42,154 nt of DNA from a virus, in the IMG/VR virus record IMGVR_UViG_3300045988_021923; one strand, written 5' to 3'. Of this stretch, positions 24,319 to 31,465 are shown in pieces. Below the pieces are notes generated by a model. That model had not been told where the DNA came from and made no database searches. It saw nothing but the letters and a program-made list of their open reading frames with translations. Numbering within the stretch: position 1 is the first letter of the stretch; the number at the start of each line of letters is the position of its first letter. Position numbers and translations under genes: made by a program.

Positions 24319-24662
24319 ACGTCCTCCGCTTCCGCAAGCCAGAACGCCCTTCGGCACTCCGAGCATGTGTGCCCTGCGCACTCTGGCACCTTTTTCCCGA
24401 AAATGTGACAGGGATTGATGTATAGACATTCCGCCTGGTCAACATTCGCCTCCGGAAACAGCTTCAAGAACTCGCTCTGCCTGGTTTTTATGGGGTGCTC
24501 CTTCGCCCACTTTTCGGCAATTTCCACCGCCTCCTCCGGGTGGGTTTTTCTCCAGACTGTGCAGGTTTCAAACACGCTAAGCCTTTTCCTGATCTCGCAG
24601 TTGCAGCACTCACAGTTGCACATTCTGCTCAATGTTTTCAAAAACTCCACAGCATCCATCAT
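24315..24662 (-). CDS. Cys-rich hypothetical protein (115 aa)
   Basis: CNCECCNCE and CAGHTCSEC clusters. ATGA overlaps at both ends. Confidence 0.6.
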   Translation of the reverse strand: MMDAVEFLKTLSRMCNCECCNCEIRKRLSVFETCTVWRKTHPEEAVEIAEKWAKEHPIKTRQSEFLKLFPEANVDQAECLYINPCHIFGKKVPECAGHTCSECRRAFWLAEAEDV

Positions 24663-25066
24663 TCTGCCTCCTCAATGGTGACCTCCACGCGGGAGGCTCC
24701 GGTTGTCTGGTACTTCCGCACCGTCAGAGACGATACGGCGCTGTCATCGTTGTAGGCGTGGGTGTTCAGCGCGTCCAGAATGGCCTTCGCCACGTTGTCA
24801 GCGTCAGGGCGCTTGGTGTGGGGCGTACCGTCCAGAGCAGCGGCCTTCTTCTTCGATGTGCTCTTTGGCACCGTGAAGAACGCCGTGACGGTGGCCGTCA
24901 GCGGGATGCCGTCTGCAAATCCCTTTCCGCTCTGGCACTGCCAGCACTGGACCACCTTGTCCTCGTAGTCCCGTGTTTTCTGCGGGGTGTATGTATGGCC
25001 GTTTTTCATGAACCGTGGGCGGCCCTTGCCCACCGGGATGCCAGGGACCGTGAATGTAACCTTCAT
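24659..25066 (-). CDS. rusA: RusA-family Holliday junction resolvase (135 aa)
   Basis: MKVTFTVPGIPVGKGRPRF...KRPDADNVAKAILDALN matches RusA signatures. Confidence 0.8.
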   Translation of the reverse strand: MKVTFTVPGIPVGKGRPRFMKNGHTYTPQKTRDYEDKVVQCWQCQSGKGFADGIPLTATVTAFFTVPKSTSKKKAAALDGTPHTKRPDADNVAKAILDALNTHAYNDDSAVSSLTVRKYQTTGASRVEVTIEEAE

Positions 25067-25200
25067 CGTTTTTCTTCCTTTCCGTCAATAATGACGCTGA
25101 CCACCCGGACGCGGCCCAGAGGCTCCAGCAGCATGGCAGCGGTCTCTTTCGTCACAAATACGTCTAAATCTTCGTGGATGTCGATGACGATCCGGGTCAT
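25063..25200 (-). CDS. Small hypothetical protein (45 aa)
   Basis: Not in the track. ATGA overlaps at both ends bridge two supported genes. Sequence MTRIVIDIHEDLDVFVTKETAAMLLEPLGRVRVVSVIIDGKEEKR. Confidence 0.45.
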   Translation of the reverse strand: MTRIVIDIHEDLDVFVTKETAAMLLEPLGRVRVVSVIIDGKEEKR

Positions 25201-25430
25201 AGCGTGGCCTCCTTGATGAACTTCGGGCAGGCGGTGATACGGTAGGTATCAATGACCTTGAAGCCGGTCTCACCGTAATTCTGAATGCGGCGGGAGGGGG
25301 AAGCAGACCATCCGGGAACGGGCCGGAAGCTGCGGGACCACTCACAGCCGCCGCAGGCGTTGGCACAGTCCCAGCAGAGTTGGTCCGGGGCGGTGCGGTA
25401 ACAGCTCTCCAGCGTAAACGAAGCAGCCAT
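25197..25430 (-). CDS. Cys-rich hypothetical protein (77 aa)
   Basis: Trimmed to ATG 25430 (TAATG overlap). CWDCANACGGCEWS motif. Confidence 0.6.
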   Translation of the reverse strand: MAASFTLESCYRTAPDQLCWDCANACGGCEWSRSFRPVPGWSASPSRRIQNYGETGFKVIDTYRITACPKFIKEATL

Positions 25431-25831
25431 TAAACACCTCGCATATCTGCCAGAGCGCACCATTCGGCATAGGTCATCCCCTGCTTCTTCGCTTCGGAGG
25501 GGGTGGGGATACCGGCCTCATGCCAGCGCTCGTGCTGTTCGCCTGCCTTGGCGTAGAATTTTTCCAGATAGGCGTCGGACGGCTCCGTCATGGGGGCCTC
25601 CTTCGCTTCGAGGGTTTCCGGTTTGGGCAGGTAGGGAACCAGCTCCGATGGGTTCGGGTAAAAAGGGTTTTCCCGTGCCCGCAAAATAACGGCTTGCTTC
25701 GCGTCCTCGTAATCCCACGGCTCCAAGATCATCTGCCATGCCGCCACCGCAACAGAGCCTGTCTGGTTTTTTGCGTTTGGGTAAATCGTTCCGAGCAACG
25801 CAAATAGCTTTGTGATATCTTGCTTGTCCAT
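25430..25831 (-). CDS. G39P-like replicative helicase loader/inhibitor family protein (133 aa)
   Basis: ITKLFALLGTIYPNAK...AVAAWQMILEPWDYEDAKQAVILRAREN.FYPNPSEL resembles the SPP1 G39P family (recollection). Confidence 0.55.
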   Translation of the reverse strand: MDKQDITKLFALLGTIYPNAKNQTGSVAVAAWQMILEPWDYEDAKQAVILRARENPFYPNPSELVPYLPKPETLEAKEAPMTEPSDAYLEKFYAKAGEQHERWHEAGIPTPSEAKKQGMTYAEWCALADMRGV

Positions 25832-25858
25832 GTACTTCTCCTGATAGTCTTACGTAGT

Positions 25859-25916
25859 AATACTCTCTCTCGCTAAGATAATATATATATTTATTATTTC
25901 TCTGAGAGAGAGTATT
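25859..25916. promoter_or_regulatory. 13-bp perfect inverted repeat flanking a 32-bp AT-rich (TA)n spacer
   Basis: AATACTCTCTCTC (25859-25871) and GAGAGAGAGTATT (25904-25916). Spacer GCTAAGATAATATATATATTTATTATTTCTCT. Confidence 0.5.
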
Positions 25917-25926
25917 TCTTCTTAGA

Positions 25927-25943
25927 GGGGGGGTGTGGGGGGG
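25927..25943 (+). other. G-quadruplex-capable motif G7-TGT-G7
   Basis: GGGGGGGTGTGGGGGGG can be read as four G3 tracts with 1-, 3- and 1-nt loops. Confidence 0.4.
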
Positions 25944-26033
25944 ACTTTCTTCTTTGTGCACCTGCTATCGTGCTGCGGCTTGCCTTGCATCCGCCCGTCA
26001 TAGCCATAATGGTACACGCGGCAACGTTGTTGC

Positions 26034-26426
26034 TTAAAACGGAAGATCCCCATCGTCCTCGATCTCACTGAACCCGCCCTTCGGTTCGACCGTTTCCCCG
26101 CCGTCCCGCTTGGAATCGCCAAAGTACACGCTGTCAGCCACGATCTCGGCGGTGCGGCGTTTATTGCCGTCCTTGTCCGTCCAGTCCCGGATCTGCAAGC
26201 GTCCCTCCACAACGGCCATGCGGCCCTTAGAGAAGTACTTGCTCACAAATTCTGCGGTGTTGCGCCAAGCCACCACGTCGATGAAATCTGTTTCCTTCTC
26301 GCCGGACTGGGGCTTAAAATCCCGATCAACCGCCACGGTAAAGGATGCCACCGCCGTGCCGCTGTTGGTGCGGCGCAATTCAGGGTCACGGGTCATCCGG
26401 CCCATCACAATAATTCTGTTCAACAT
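26034..26426 (-). CDS. ssb: Single-stranded DNA-binding protein (130 aa)
   Basis: Trimmed to MLNRIIVMGRMTRDPELRRT. OB-fold signature and an acidic tail ending DDGDLPF. Confidence 0.9.
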   Translation of the reverse strand: MLNRIIVMGRMTRDPELRRTNSGTAVASFTVAVDRDFKPQSGEKETDFIDVVAWRNTAEFVSKYFSKGRMAVVEGRLQIRDWTDKDGNKRRTAEIVADSVYFGDSKRDGGETVEPKGGFSEIEDDGDLPF

Positions 26427-26728
26427 GAAATAGTTCCCTTTCTGTAAATCATGTCTTCCCGGTTCCAATCCGGGTAAAATGCTTTCATGTACGCTACCAG
26501 CCGCACGTAGATGCGCTCGCGGTCTCTCAATGGCCCCTCGTCAAACAGGCGGTGGCAGCGAGGGCAGAGGGTTGCAATGTTCTGCTCGATCCCTCTGCCG
26601 CCCTGCGAACGCCGTACCACATGGGCCACCGGCGCGCCTGCGGGAGACCCGCAGATCACGCACTGGTGATTGTCCCGCGCCCATACAACAACCTTCACGG
26701 ATTGCGGGATGGACGTGGCCTTTGTCAT
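26420..26728 (-). CDS. HNH endonuclease (102 aa)
   Basis: ATG 26728 (ATGA overlap). CVICG...HVVRRSQGG...NIATLCPRCH. Confidence 0.8.
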   Translation of the reverse strand: MTKATSIPQSVKVVVWARDNHQCVICGSPAGAPVAHVVRRSQGGRGIEQNIATLCPRCHRLFDEGPLRDRERIYVRLVAYMKAFYPDWNREDMIYRKGTISC

Positions 26729-27258
26729 TTTGTGCATCCCCATTCCTCCATCATCCCTGCCAGCTTGTCCGGAGGCAGGGTCTCAATACCTTGCTCCCTG
26801 CAATCTTGTACGATCATGTCAATAAGCCGTGACATTTGCGCGGTATCGTAGGTGCTGGAACCGTAGTACAAAACCACCCTGACGCAGCCGGGGAGCTTGC
26901 TTGGCATGGTATCTGTCTGCCAGCCAAGCCCGTTATGCTCCCAACCGCTCTGCAGTTTGTCCGCTGCTTCCGCTGTCACGCACACCGTTTCGTTGTTCCC
27001 GCCAATCTCCCGAATGTAGCTCCGGTAAATATCCGTCTTGGGTATCCGGGTCTTTTCAGCCAGCCGGTCAACCAGAACCCAAAAGTACGCATTCGCATCG
27101 AGGCTCCGCTTCTCCCGGTGTTCCTTGATCTCCACGTCATAGGGCTTGCCCTCTTTCAGTGCGTCAAGCACCTGTCGCGCCTTGTTGGTCTGTATGCACA
27201 GCCAGTCACCGGCGGCATCCATAGACCAGCGGAACGATGTGGCATTAACCCGCTCCAT
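26725..27258 (-). CDS. NinB/Orf-like recombination-associated protein (177 aa)
   Basis: EKRSLDANAYFWVLVDRLA resembles the RSLDQN motif of lambda Orf/NinB-type proteins. Sits in the recombination module. Confidence 0.5.
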   Translation of the reverse strand: MERVNATSFRWSMDAAGDWLCIQTNKARQVLDALKEGKPYDVEIKEHREKRSLDANAYFWVLVDRLAEKTRIPKTDIYRSYIREIGGNNETVCVTAEAADKLQSGWEHNGLGWQTDTMPSKLPGCVRVVLYYGSSTYDTAQMSRLIDMIVQDCREQGIETLPPDKLAGMMEEWGCTK

Positions 27259-27832
27259 AAAATTCCTCCATGCTGGGCCAATGCCCTGTCCGCAAGCATC
27301 TTGCCAAATACCGAAGCTTTGGCAAATATGCGTCTCTCACCCAACGCTCATCATACTGGACTTCATGGCTGGATAATCGCCTGGTGTCCACCGCCAAAAA
27401 GTAATTCTGCATTTCGGCCTCAGTCAAACGGTATGCCACAATGTTGCATCGCTTCCGATGTCTCCAAAACCCGTAGCCGCTGGCAAACATTTCAACCTGG
27501 CATTGCTGCCAATATGCTTTGCTGACCTTAAATACCGGTTTCCCGTAGGTTTTTACCTCAATGATCGTATCCGGAAACTCGCCGTCATAATTTACCCGCA
27601 GCCGATATCGCCGTATGCGAATCTGCTTGTCCATTGTTCTTACGCCAATTGCTGACAAGATGCGATGCTCATATGCCGTTCCGGCCTGCATGGCGGGCGT
27701 CGTAAAATGTTCTTTACGAACCCCTATTTTTTGCAGCCACCAGCGGCGGAATGTTTCCGTGTCCCACCGCCCCATGATGATTGCTGTGTCTGATGCCCCA
27801 AACCATCCGCTCCGGTCATGGTTGTGGATCAT
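27245..27832 (-). CDS. YqaJ-like PD-(D/E)XK exonuclease (195 aa)
   Basis: GWFGASDTAIIMG...AMQAGTAYEHRIL...DGEFPDTIIEVKT, as in YqaJ/lambda-exonuclease-type viral recombinases. Confidence 0.75.
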   Translation of the reverse strand: MIHNHDRSGWFGASDTAIIMGRWDTETFRRWWLQKIGVRKEHFTTPAMQAGTAYEHRILSAIGVRTMDKQIRIRRYRLRVNYDGEFPDTIIEVKTYGKPVFKVSKAYWQQCQVEMFASGYGFWRHRKRCNIVAYRLTEAEMQNYFLAVDTRRLSSHEVQYDERWVRDAYLPKLRYLARCLRTGHWPSMEEFYGAG

Positions 27833-28476
27833 AGCCGCATCACAGCCTTTTCCAGCTTATCAATCGTTGCGAAATATCCAAGCATTGTGCCTAACTGTTT
27901 TTCGTTGATATTCAATGCGTGCAGCAGATCTTTGTGGTCAAGACCCCGCTGCTCTTTTGCCGTAATGAGCCGTTCCAGTCTCTCCTTGATGGCCCAGATG
28001 CTATGGCGGCTCAAATCATCCTCGCCGTCATCCGCATCGGATTCCGCCCATAAGTCAAATCCAAGACCGGTTCTGATGGCAACGCCCTTCACAAATGCTC
28101 TGGCAAGAGCATTGTTGATCCGCAGCTGGTTCAGAGTGTCAGTGTAAACCACCATGGATCCATTCAGCAGCGGCGTATCGTATACAAATTCCAAATCGTC
28201 AATGTGGATCAACACCCGCACAAACCAGCATTCCGTATCGCGCCCTTTGCTGGTGGACACTTTTGCTTGGGGCCAAAGATAAGTATGAGTGGTTGGGCAC
28301 TCCACCGGCGCATACCACACATCATTTGCTCCGTTTTCGTGCAGCAGCTTCACACATTTGCCCCAACTCAAATACGGGACTTTGATTGTCTTGCCGTTTT
28401 CGTCTTTGGCATCCCGCGTATCGCATTGTGGACGCACATCGATTTTAATTAACTCGTTAAATGATTTCAGTGCCAT
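27829..28476 (-). CDS. Sak/DUF1071-type (Rad52-like) single-strand annealing protein (215 aa)
   Basis: Trimmed to MALKSFNEL. VPYLSWGKCVKLLHENGANDVWY resembles Sak-family annealases. Paired with the exonuclease gene. Confidence 0.65.
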   Translation of the reverse strand: MALKSFNELIKIDVRPQCDTRDAKDENGKTIKVPYLSWGKCVKLLHENGANDVWYAPVECPTTHTYLWPQAKVSTSKGRDTECWFVRVLIHIDDLEFVYDTPLLNGSMVVYTDTLNQLRINNALARAFVKGVAIRTGLGFDLWAESDADDGEDDLSRHSIWAIKERLERLITAKEQRGLDHKDLLHALNINEKQLGTMLGYFATIDKLEKAVMRL

Positions 28477-28684
28477 TTTCTTTCCTCCTATATCTCGCAA
28501 ACCGCACGGTCTCGCCGTAGCGGTTCTTCTGTGTGACCGTCTCCACGTCCAGCGCCACGCCGTCCCGCCGCAAGTCAGAGACCCGCGCCGTGAAATTGGC
28601 GATGCCGCACTCGCTCATGGCCTCGGCCCGTGTGATACTGCCGTGTTCATCCAGATACTTCAAGATCCGCTCACACTGGTTCAT
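28457..28684 (-). CDS. Winged-helix DNA-binding protein (75 aa)
   Basis: Trimmed to MNQCERILKYLDEHGSITRAEAMSECGIANFTARVSDLRRDG. GGAGGG SD. Confidence 0.6.
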   Translation of the reverse strand: MNQCERILKYLDEHGSITRAEAMSECGIANFTARVSDLRRDGVALDVETVTQKNRYGETVRFARYRRKENGTEII

Positions 28685-28685
28685 A

Positions 28686-28889
28686 TCAGCCCTCCGGGAT
28701 TTCGATGATCGCGATCCCCATGGCCCGTGCCACGGCTTCCGGATCGCTGTCAACTTCATCCTTGAACCAGTCCTTCGCGCACTCCGGGCAGTAGCACTCG
28801 CCGTTGATCAAAAAACCCGGAGCCACATCGTCAAACGCATTGGGGTTCATGACGATGGAACATCTCGCGCACACCGGATAGATCTTCAT
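28686..28889 (-). CDS. Zinc-ribbon protein (67 aa)
   Basis: ATGA overlap at the start. CARC...CYCPEC. Confidence 0.55.
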   Translation of the reverse strand: MKIYPVCARCSIVMNPNAFDDVAPGFLINGECYCPECAKDWFKDEVDSDPEAVARAMGIAIIEIPEG

Positions 28890-29086
28890 TTCCACGCATC
28901 CCCTCTCTTCCACGCCTTCGTGGCGTTGGATTGCTGGGCGTAACCCGCTGTGATCGCGCCGCAGGTGGAACACCGTACATAGTGCTTAAACGGTGCGTCC
29001 GTGGACTGCACCCGCTCCCCGCTGTCTGTTCCGCAAGCAGGGCACGGCGATAATGCCAACCGTTCCTTTCGATTTCTCGCATTCAT
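28886..29086 (-). CDS. Second Lar-like zinc-ribbon protein (66 aa)
   Basis: PCPACG...YVRCSTCGAIT...ATKAWKR follows the Lar-family layout. ATGA overlap at the start. Confidence 0.5.
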   Translation of the reverse strand: MNARNRKERLALSPCPACGTDSGERVQSTDAPFKHYVRCSTCGAITAGYAQQSNATKAWKRGDAWK

Positions 29087-29205
29087 CGCACACTCACCAC
29101 CATGCAAGACAGGGCAATCAGAAGCAACAGCAGAAAGCAGATTGCGCCAATCCGCGCCGAAGCGTCCGCCTTTCTCTGCTCCCACGTCCGCTTATCATGC
29201 TTCAT
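29083..29205 (-). CDS. Small membrane protein (40 aa)
   Basis: MKHDKRTWEQRKADASARIGAICFLLLLLIALSCMVVSVR, one TM helix. The stop overlaps the next start as ATGA. Confidence 0.4.
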   Translation of the reverse strand: MKHDKRTWEQRKADASARIGAICFLLLLLIALSCMVVSVR

Positions 29206-29299
29206 GCCCCGGCCTCCTCTCGATAGCATCCACGATTTTAAAGGGCAGTGTGCAAGCATAGCCAACACCCAAAAGCATAAAAAACAGCTCCCAGCTCAT
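29195..29299 (-). CDS. Small hydrophobic peptide (34 aa)
   Basis: Not in the track. GGAGGAGG SD. The ATG overlaps the upstream stop as ATGA. Sequence MSWELFFMLLGVGYACTLPFKIVDAIERRPGHEA. Confidence 0.35.
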   Translation of the reverse strand: MSWELFFMLLGVGYACTLPFKIVDAIERRPGHEA

Positions 29300-29436
29300 T
29301 TCTTTGCCTCCTCCTTTTCTACCCCCAGAAATTTCAGGCCGTTAGCCTCTGCATAAACCTGCCCGAACGCGGTCATGATTTTAACCGGGTCAGGCGGTGT
29401 CACCCAAATGATTTTATAAACAGGCTTTTTTTTCAT
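29296..29436 (-). CDS. Small hypothetical protein (46 aa)
   Basis: Not in the track. MKKKPVYKIIWVTPPDPVKIMTAFGQVYAEANGLKFLGVEKEEAKK. First ORF after the Rha-downstream intergenic region. Confidence 0.4.
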   Translation of the reverse strand: MKKKPVYKIIWVTPPDPVKIMTAFGQVYAEANGLKFLGVEKEEAKK

Positions 29437-29464
29437 TGCCTTTTCCTTTCCCTTGTGCTATACT
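29436..29464 (+). promoter_or_regulatory. Candidate + strand promoter TTGCCT-17-TATACT
   Basis: -35 at 29436-29441 and -10 at 29459-29464. The -10 lies inside the 9-bp inverted repeat CTTGTGCTA/TAGCACAAG (29452-29473). Confidence 0.35.
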
Positions 29465-29470
29465 TAGCAC

Positions 29471-29538
29471 AAGAACGCTGTCTTTTGTTCTTAACCTTGC
29501 CCCGTTCGGTGCTCCTACACCGGGCGGGGCGCTTTTTT
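29471..29538 (+). ncRNA. Candidate ~68-nt antisense small RNA
   Basis: Starts downstream of the candidate promoter. Contains hairpin AAGAAC-10 nt-GTTCTT and ends in a + oriented terminator: GCCCCGTTCGGTG-CTCCTA-CACCGGGCGGGGC (G-U pairs only on + strand RNA) followed by GCTTTTTT. Confidence 0.35.
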
Positions 29539-30202
29539 ATCCCGCATTCTGCCCCACCATGGGAACCGTTCGCATTCGTGCCAAACAATCCTTGACTTGC
29601 TGATACTCCATGCCGACATCAAGCAACACCGCAATATGGTTTTCCATGCTTGACACCGCCGCGATTTCGTCAGCGCTCATGTAATCGCTGGCAACCGCCG
29701 CTCTGTCGGCTCCGCGTTCCTCTCGTAACTGCCGGGCCGACTTGCCAAGTGCCGTGCGGTAAGCCAAATCCGTGTACTGGTTGTACTTGAATTTTTTGTG
29801 CGGGCTGTCCGGCAGGGCTTTGATAGCATCCGTCATCCCCAACCGAATAGGCTTGCGTTCTGCCTTGACCGTCTTAATGTTCAGCAGCTCTTTCCGCATG
29901 GCGAAAAACTGACGAACCAGCTCTTTCTTGAACTCAATGACCACTGGCGTATTCCGGAGAAACGTAAGCAAAAGTGTTGCCTGCTGCTCATTCAGGTGGT
30001 AAACCTTGACCATTTGTTGGCCGCCTCGTGTCTGCAAGGTTCGGATTTCAAATCCGACCCTTCCAAATTCCCGAAGGTCTTTTTCATGGCGCTGGATTAA
30101 CTTCTGCACTGTGTCCCGCTTTACGTCCGCACATTCCGCAATCACTTCCGATGTGGTAAACGGTTCTTCAGTGTTGGGGGCAAGATAAACAAGCTCGTTC
30201 AT
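29537..30202 (-). CDS. Rha-family phage regulatory protein with ORF6C-like C-terminal domain (221 aa)
   Basis: PFTTSEVIAECADVKRDTVQKLIQRHEKDLREFG...YHLNEQQATLLLTFLRNT matches the Rha-family N-terminal domain. Confidence 0.75.
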   Translation of the reverse strand: MNELVYLAPNTEEPFTTSEVIAECADVKRDTVQKLIQRHEKDLREFGRVGFEIRTLQTRGGQQMVKVYHLNEQQATLLLTFLRNTPVVIEFKKELVRQFFAMRKELLNIKTVKAERKPIRLGMTDAIKALPDSPHKKFKYNQYTDLAYRTALGKSARQLREERGADRAAVASDYMSADEIAAVSSMENHIAVLLDVGMEYQQVKDCLARMRTVPMVGQNAG

Positions 30203-30423
30203 TTACCCTCCTTGACCGCTCTTGCGGCTTGTATCGCTTCCGATGCCGCTCTAATGTCCGCCTCGGTCACGCCGTAGAGCTTGGCCAGCGGCTTAATGTA
30301 CTTGTTCGTAATGCCATTGACGCCGCGTTCCCATTGGCTTACCGCTGAAGCGTAGACTTTCAGCTTCTTTGCAACGTCAACCAGACGAAGCCCTTTTTTC
30401 TCGCGAAGCTCCCGCAGTTCCAA
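30199..30423 (-). CDS. Cro-like XRE-family HTH regulator (74 aa)
   Basis: TTG start with GGAGGG SD 8 nt upstream. LRELREKKGLRLVDVAKKLKVYASAVSQWERG. First gene of the early operon. Confidence 0.7.
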   Translation of the reverse strand: MELRELREKKGLRLVDVAKKLKVYASAVSQWERGVNGITNKYIKPLAKLYGVTEADIRAASEAIQAARAVKEGK

Positions 30424-30460
30424 TCATTCATCCCTCCTTAAAAAGTTCAGAACTTTAATA

Positions 30461-30489
30461 TTGACAAATTCCGACCACACCGCTATTAT
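30461..30489 (+). promoter_or_regulatory. Strong sigma70-type promoter TTGACA-17-TATTAT driving the lysogeny operon
   Basis: Direct reading: -35 at 30461-30466, -10 at 30484-30489. Confidence 0.65.
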
Positions 30490-30587
30490 GTAAGTGTCAG
30501 CCAACAAAATATCGGTTATAAACCCGCAAAACGGATAAATACGATGGGGGTCTGGTTTTTTGTTGCCTAATTCAGTTCTGTAAGGAT

Positions 30588-30616
30588 ATTATATCCGATG
30601 ATTTGTAGGATGTCAA
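30588..30616 (-). promoter_or_regulatory. Consensus sigma70-type promoter TTGACA-17-TATAAT driving the early (Cro-like) operon
   Basis: On the - strand: -35 at 30616-30611, -10 at 30593-30588. It faces the + strand promoter. Confidence 0.7.
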
Positions 30617-30641
30617 TTAGAAATCTGACAAATCATCGGAT
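30593..30641. promoter_or_regulatory. 14-bp perfect inverted repeat (operator candidate) bracketing the early promoter
   Basis: ATCCGATGATTTGT (30593-30606) and ACAAATCATCGGAT (30628-30641), 21-bp spacer. The left arm overlaps the -10/spacer of the - strand promoter. Confidence 0.7.
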
Positions 30642-30685
30642 AGAAATGCACAACGTTTTTTTCTTCAATTTGTGAGGTTTTGCCA

Positions 30686-31465
30686 ATGGCATTATTTGAA
30701 GCCCAAATTCGCAAATATATAGAAGAAAATTTTAGTGCGCGTGAAAAAGAAATTTTGGCACAAGAACAAAATTTAAAAACCCGGCTTAATAAAAGCCGGG
30801 AGTACAGAATTATGCTGAGAGATTATCAGCAGGAATTGAAAAACCGGGAAAAGAAAATCATTGAAAAAGAAGCAGAATTAAATGAGCGAGAACAAAATCT
30901 TGTGTCCCAAATAAAAGAAAACTTAATCAAGCCTTTATCCGACGAAAAAGGAAAACTTGAACAGCAAATAAAAAAAGCAAAACTTGAATTGTCTGGATAC
31001 CAAAACATGGAATACGAAATTATTGATTGGGTTTCCAGAATGGAAAAGAAAGAAAGCGCGATATTTCAAGAGCTAATTGGCGATGCTCAAAAGTATGACA
31101 ATAATCAAATTTCTATTGACGGTTATGATTTTGAGACATTTGTTGCAAAACTTCTTACCGCCAATCAATTTACAAACGTAGAGGTTACGGCCAAAAGCGG
31201 AGATTACGGGGCCGACGTTCTTGCAAACAAAGACGGAATAAAATATGTCTTTCAATGCAAATATTATTCTAATCAAGTTGGAATTGAAGCTGTCCAGCAA
31301 GTGTATTCTGCAAAAGATTTTTATAACGCTCATGTCGCGATTGTCATTACAAACAGTGTTTTTACAAAAGCAGCTAAAGTATTAGCCAATGAACTAAATG
31401 TTGTTTTGTGGGATTGCGAAAAACTGAACGAGCTAAAAAAGGTTGATGAAAAAAGCGGTGGATAA
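30686..31465 (+). CDS. Coiled-coil protein with C-terminal Mrr_cat-type restriction endonuclease domain (259 aa)
   Basis: ATG 30686 (GTGAGG SD). The N-terminal ~125 aa are heptad-rich (EKEILAQEQNLKTRLNK...). The C-terminus GYDFETFVAKLL...SGDYGADVLANKDGIKYVFQCKYY...IVITNSVFTKAAKVLA matches the Mrr catalytic domain D...(Q/E)xK. Confidence 0.75.
   Translation: MALFEAQIRKYIEENFSAREKEILAQEQNLKTRLNKSREYRIMLRDYQQELKNREKKIIEKEAELNEREQNLVSQIKENLIKPLSDEKGKLEQQIKKAKLELSGYQNMEYEIIDWVSRMEKKESAIFQELIGDAQKYDNNQISIDGYDFETFVAKLLTANQFTNVEVTAKSGDYGADVLANKDGIKYVFQCKYYSNQVGIEAVQQVYSAKDFYNAHVAIVITNSVFTKAAKVLANELNVVLWDCEKLNELKKVDEKSGG

Noticed and set aside
23026-24429. Longer methyltransferase ORF starting at 24429
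   Set aside because: The extra 37 codons overlap the upstream gene by 115 nt and add no motif. ATG 24318 has an ATGA overlap and a GGAGGA SD. The permuted motif order holds with either start.
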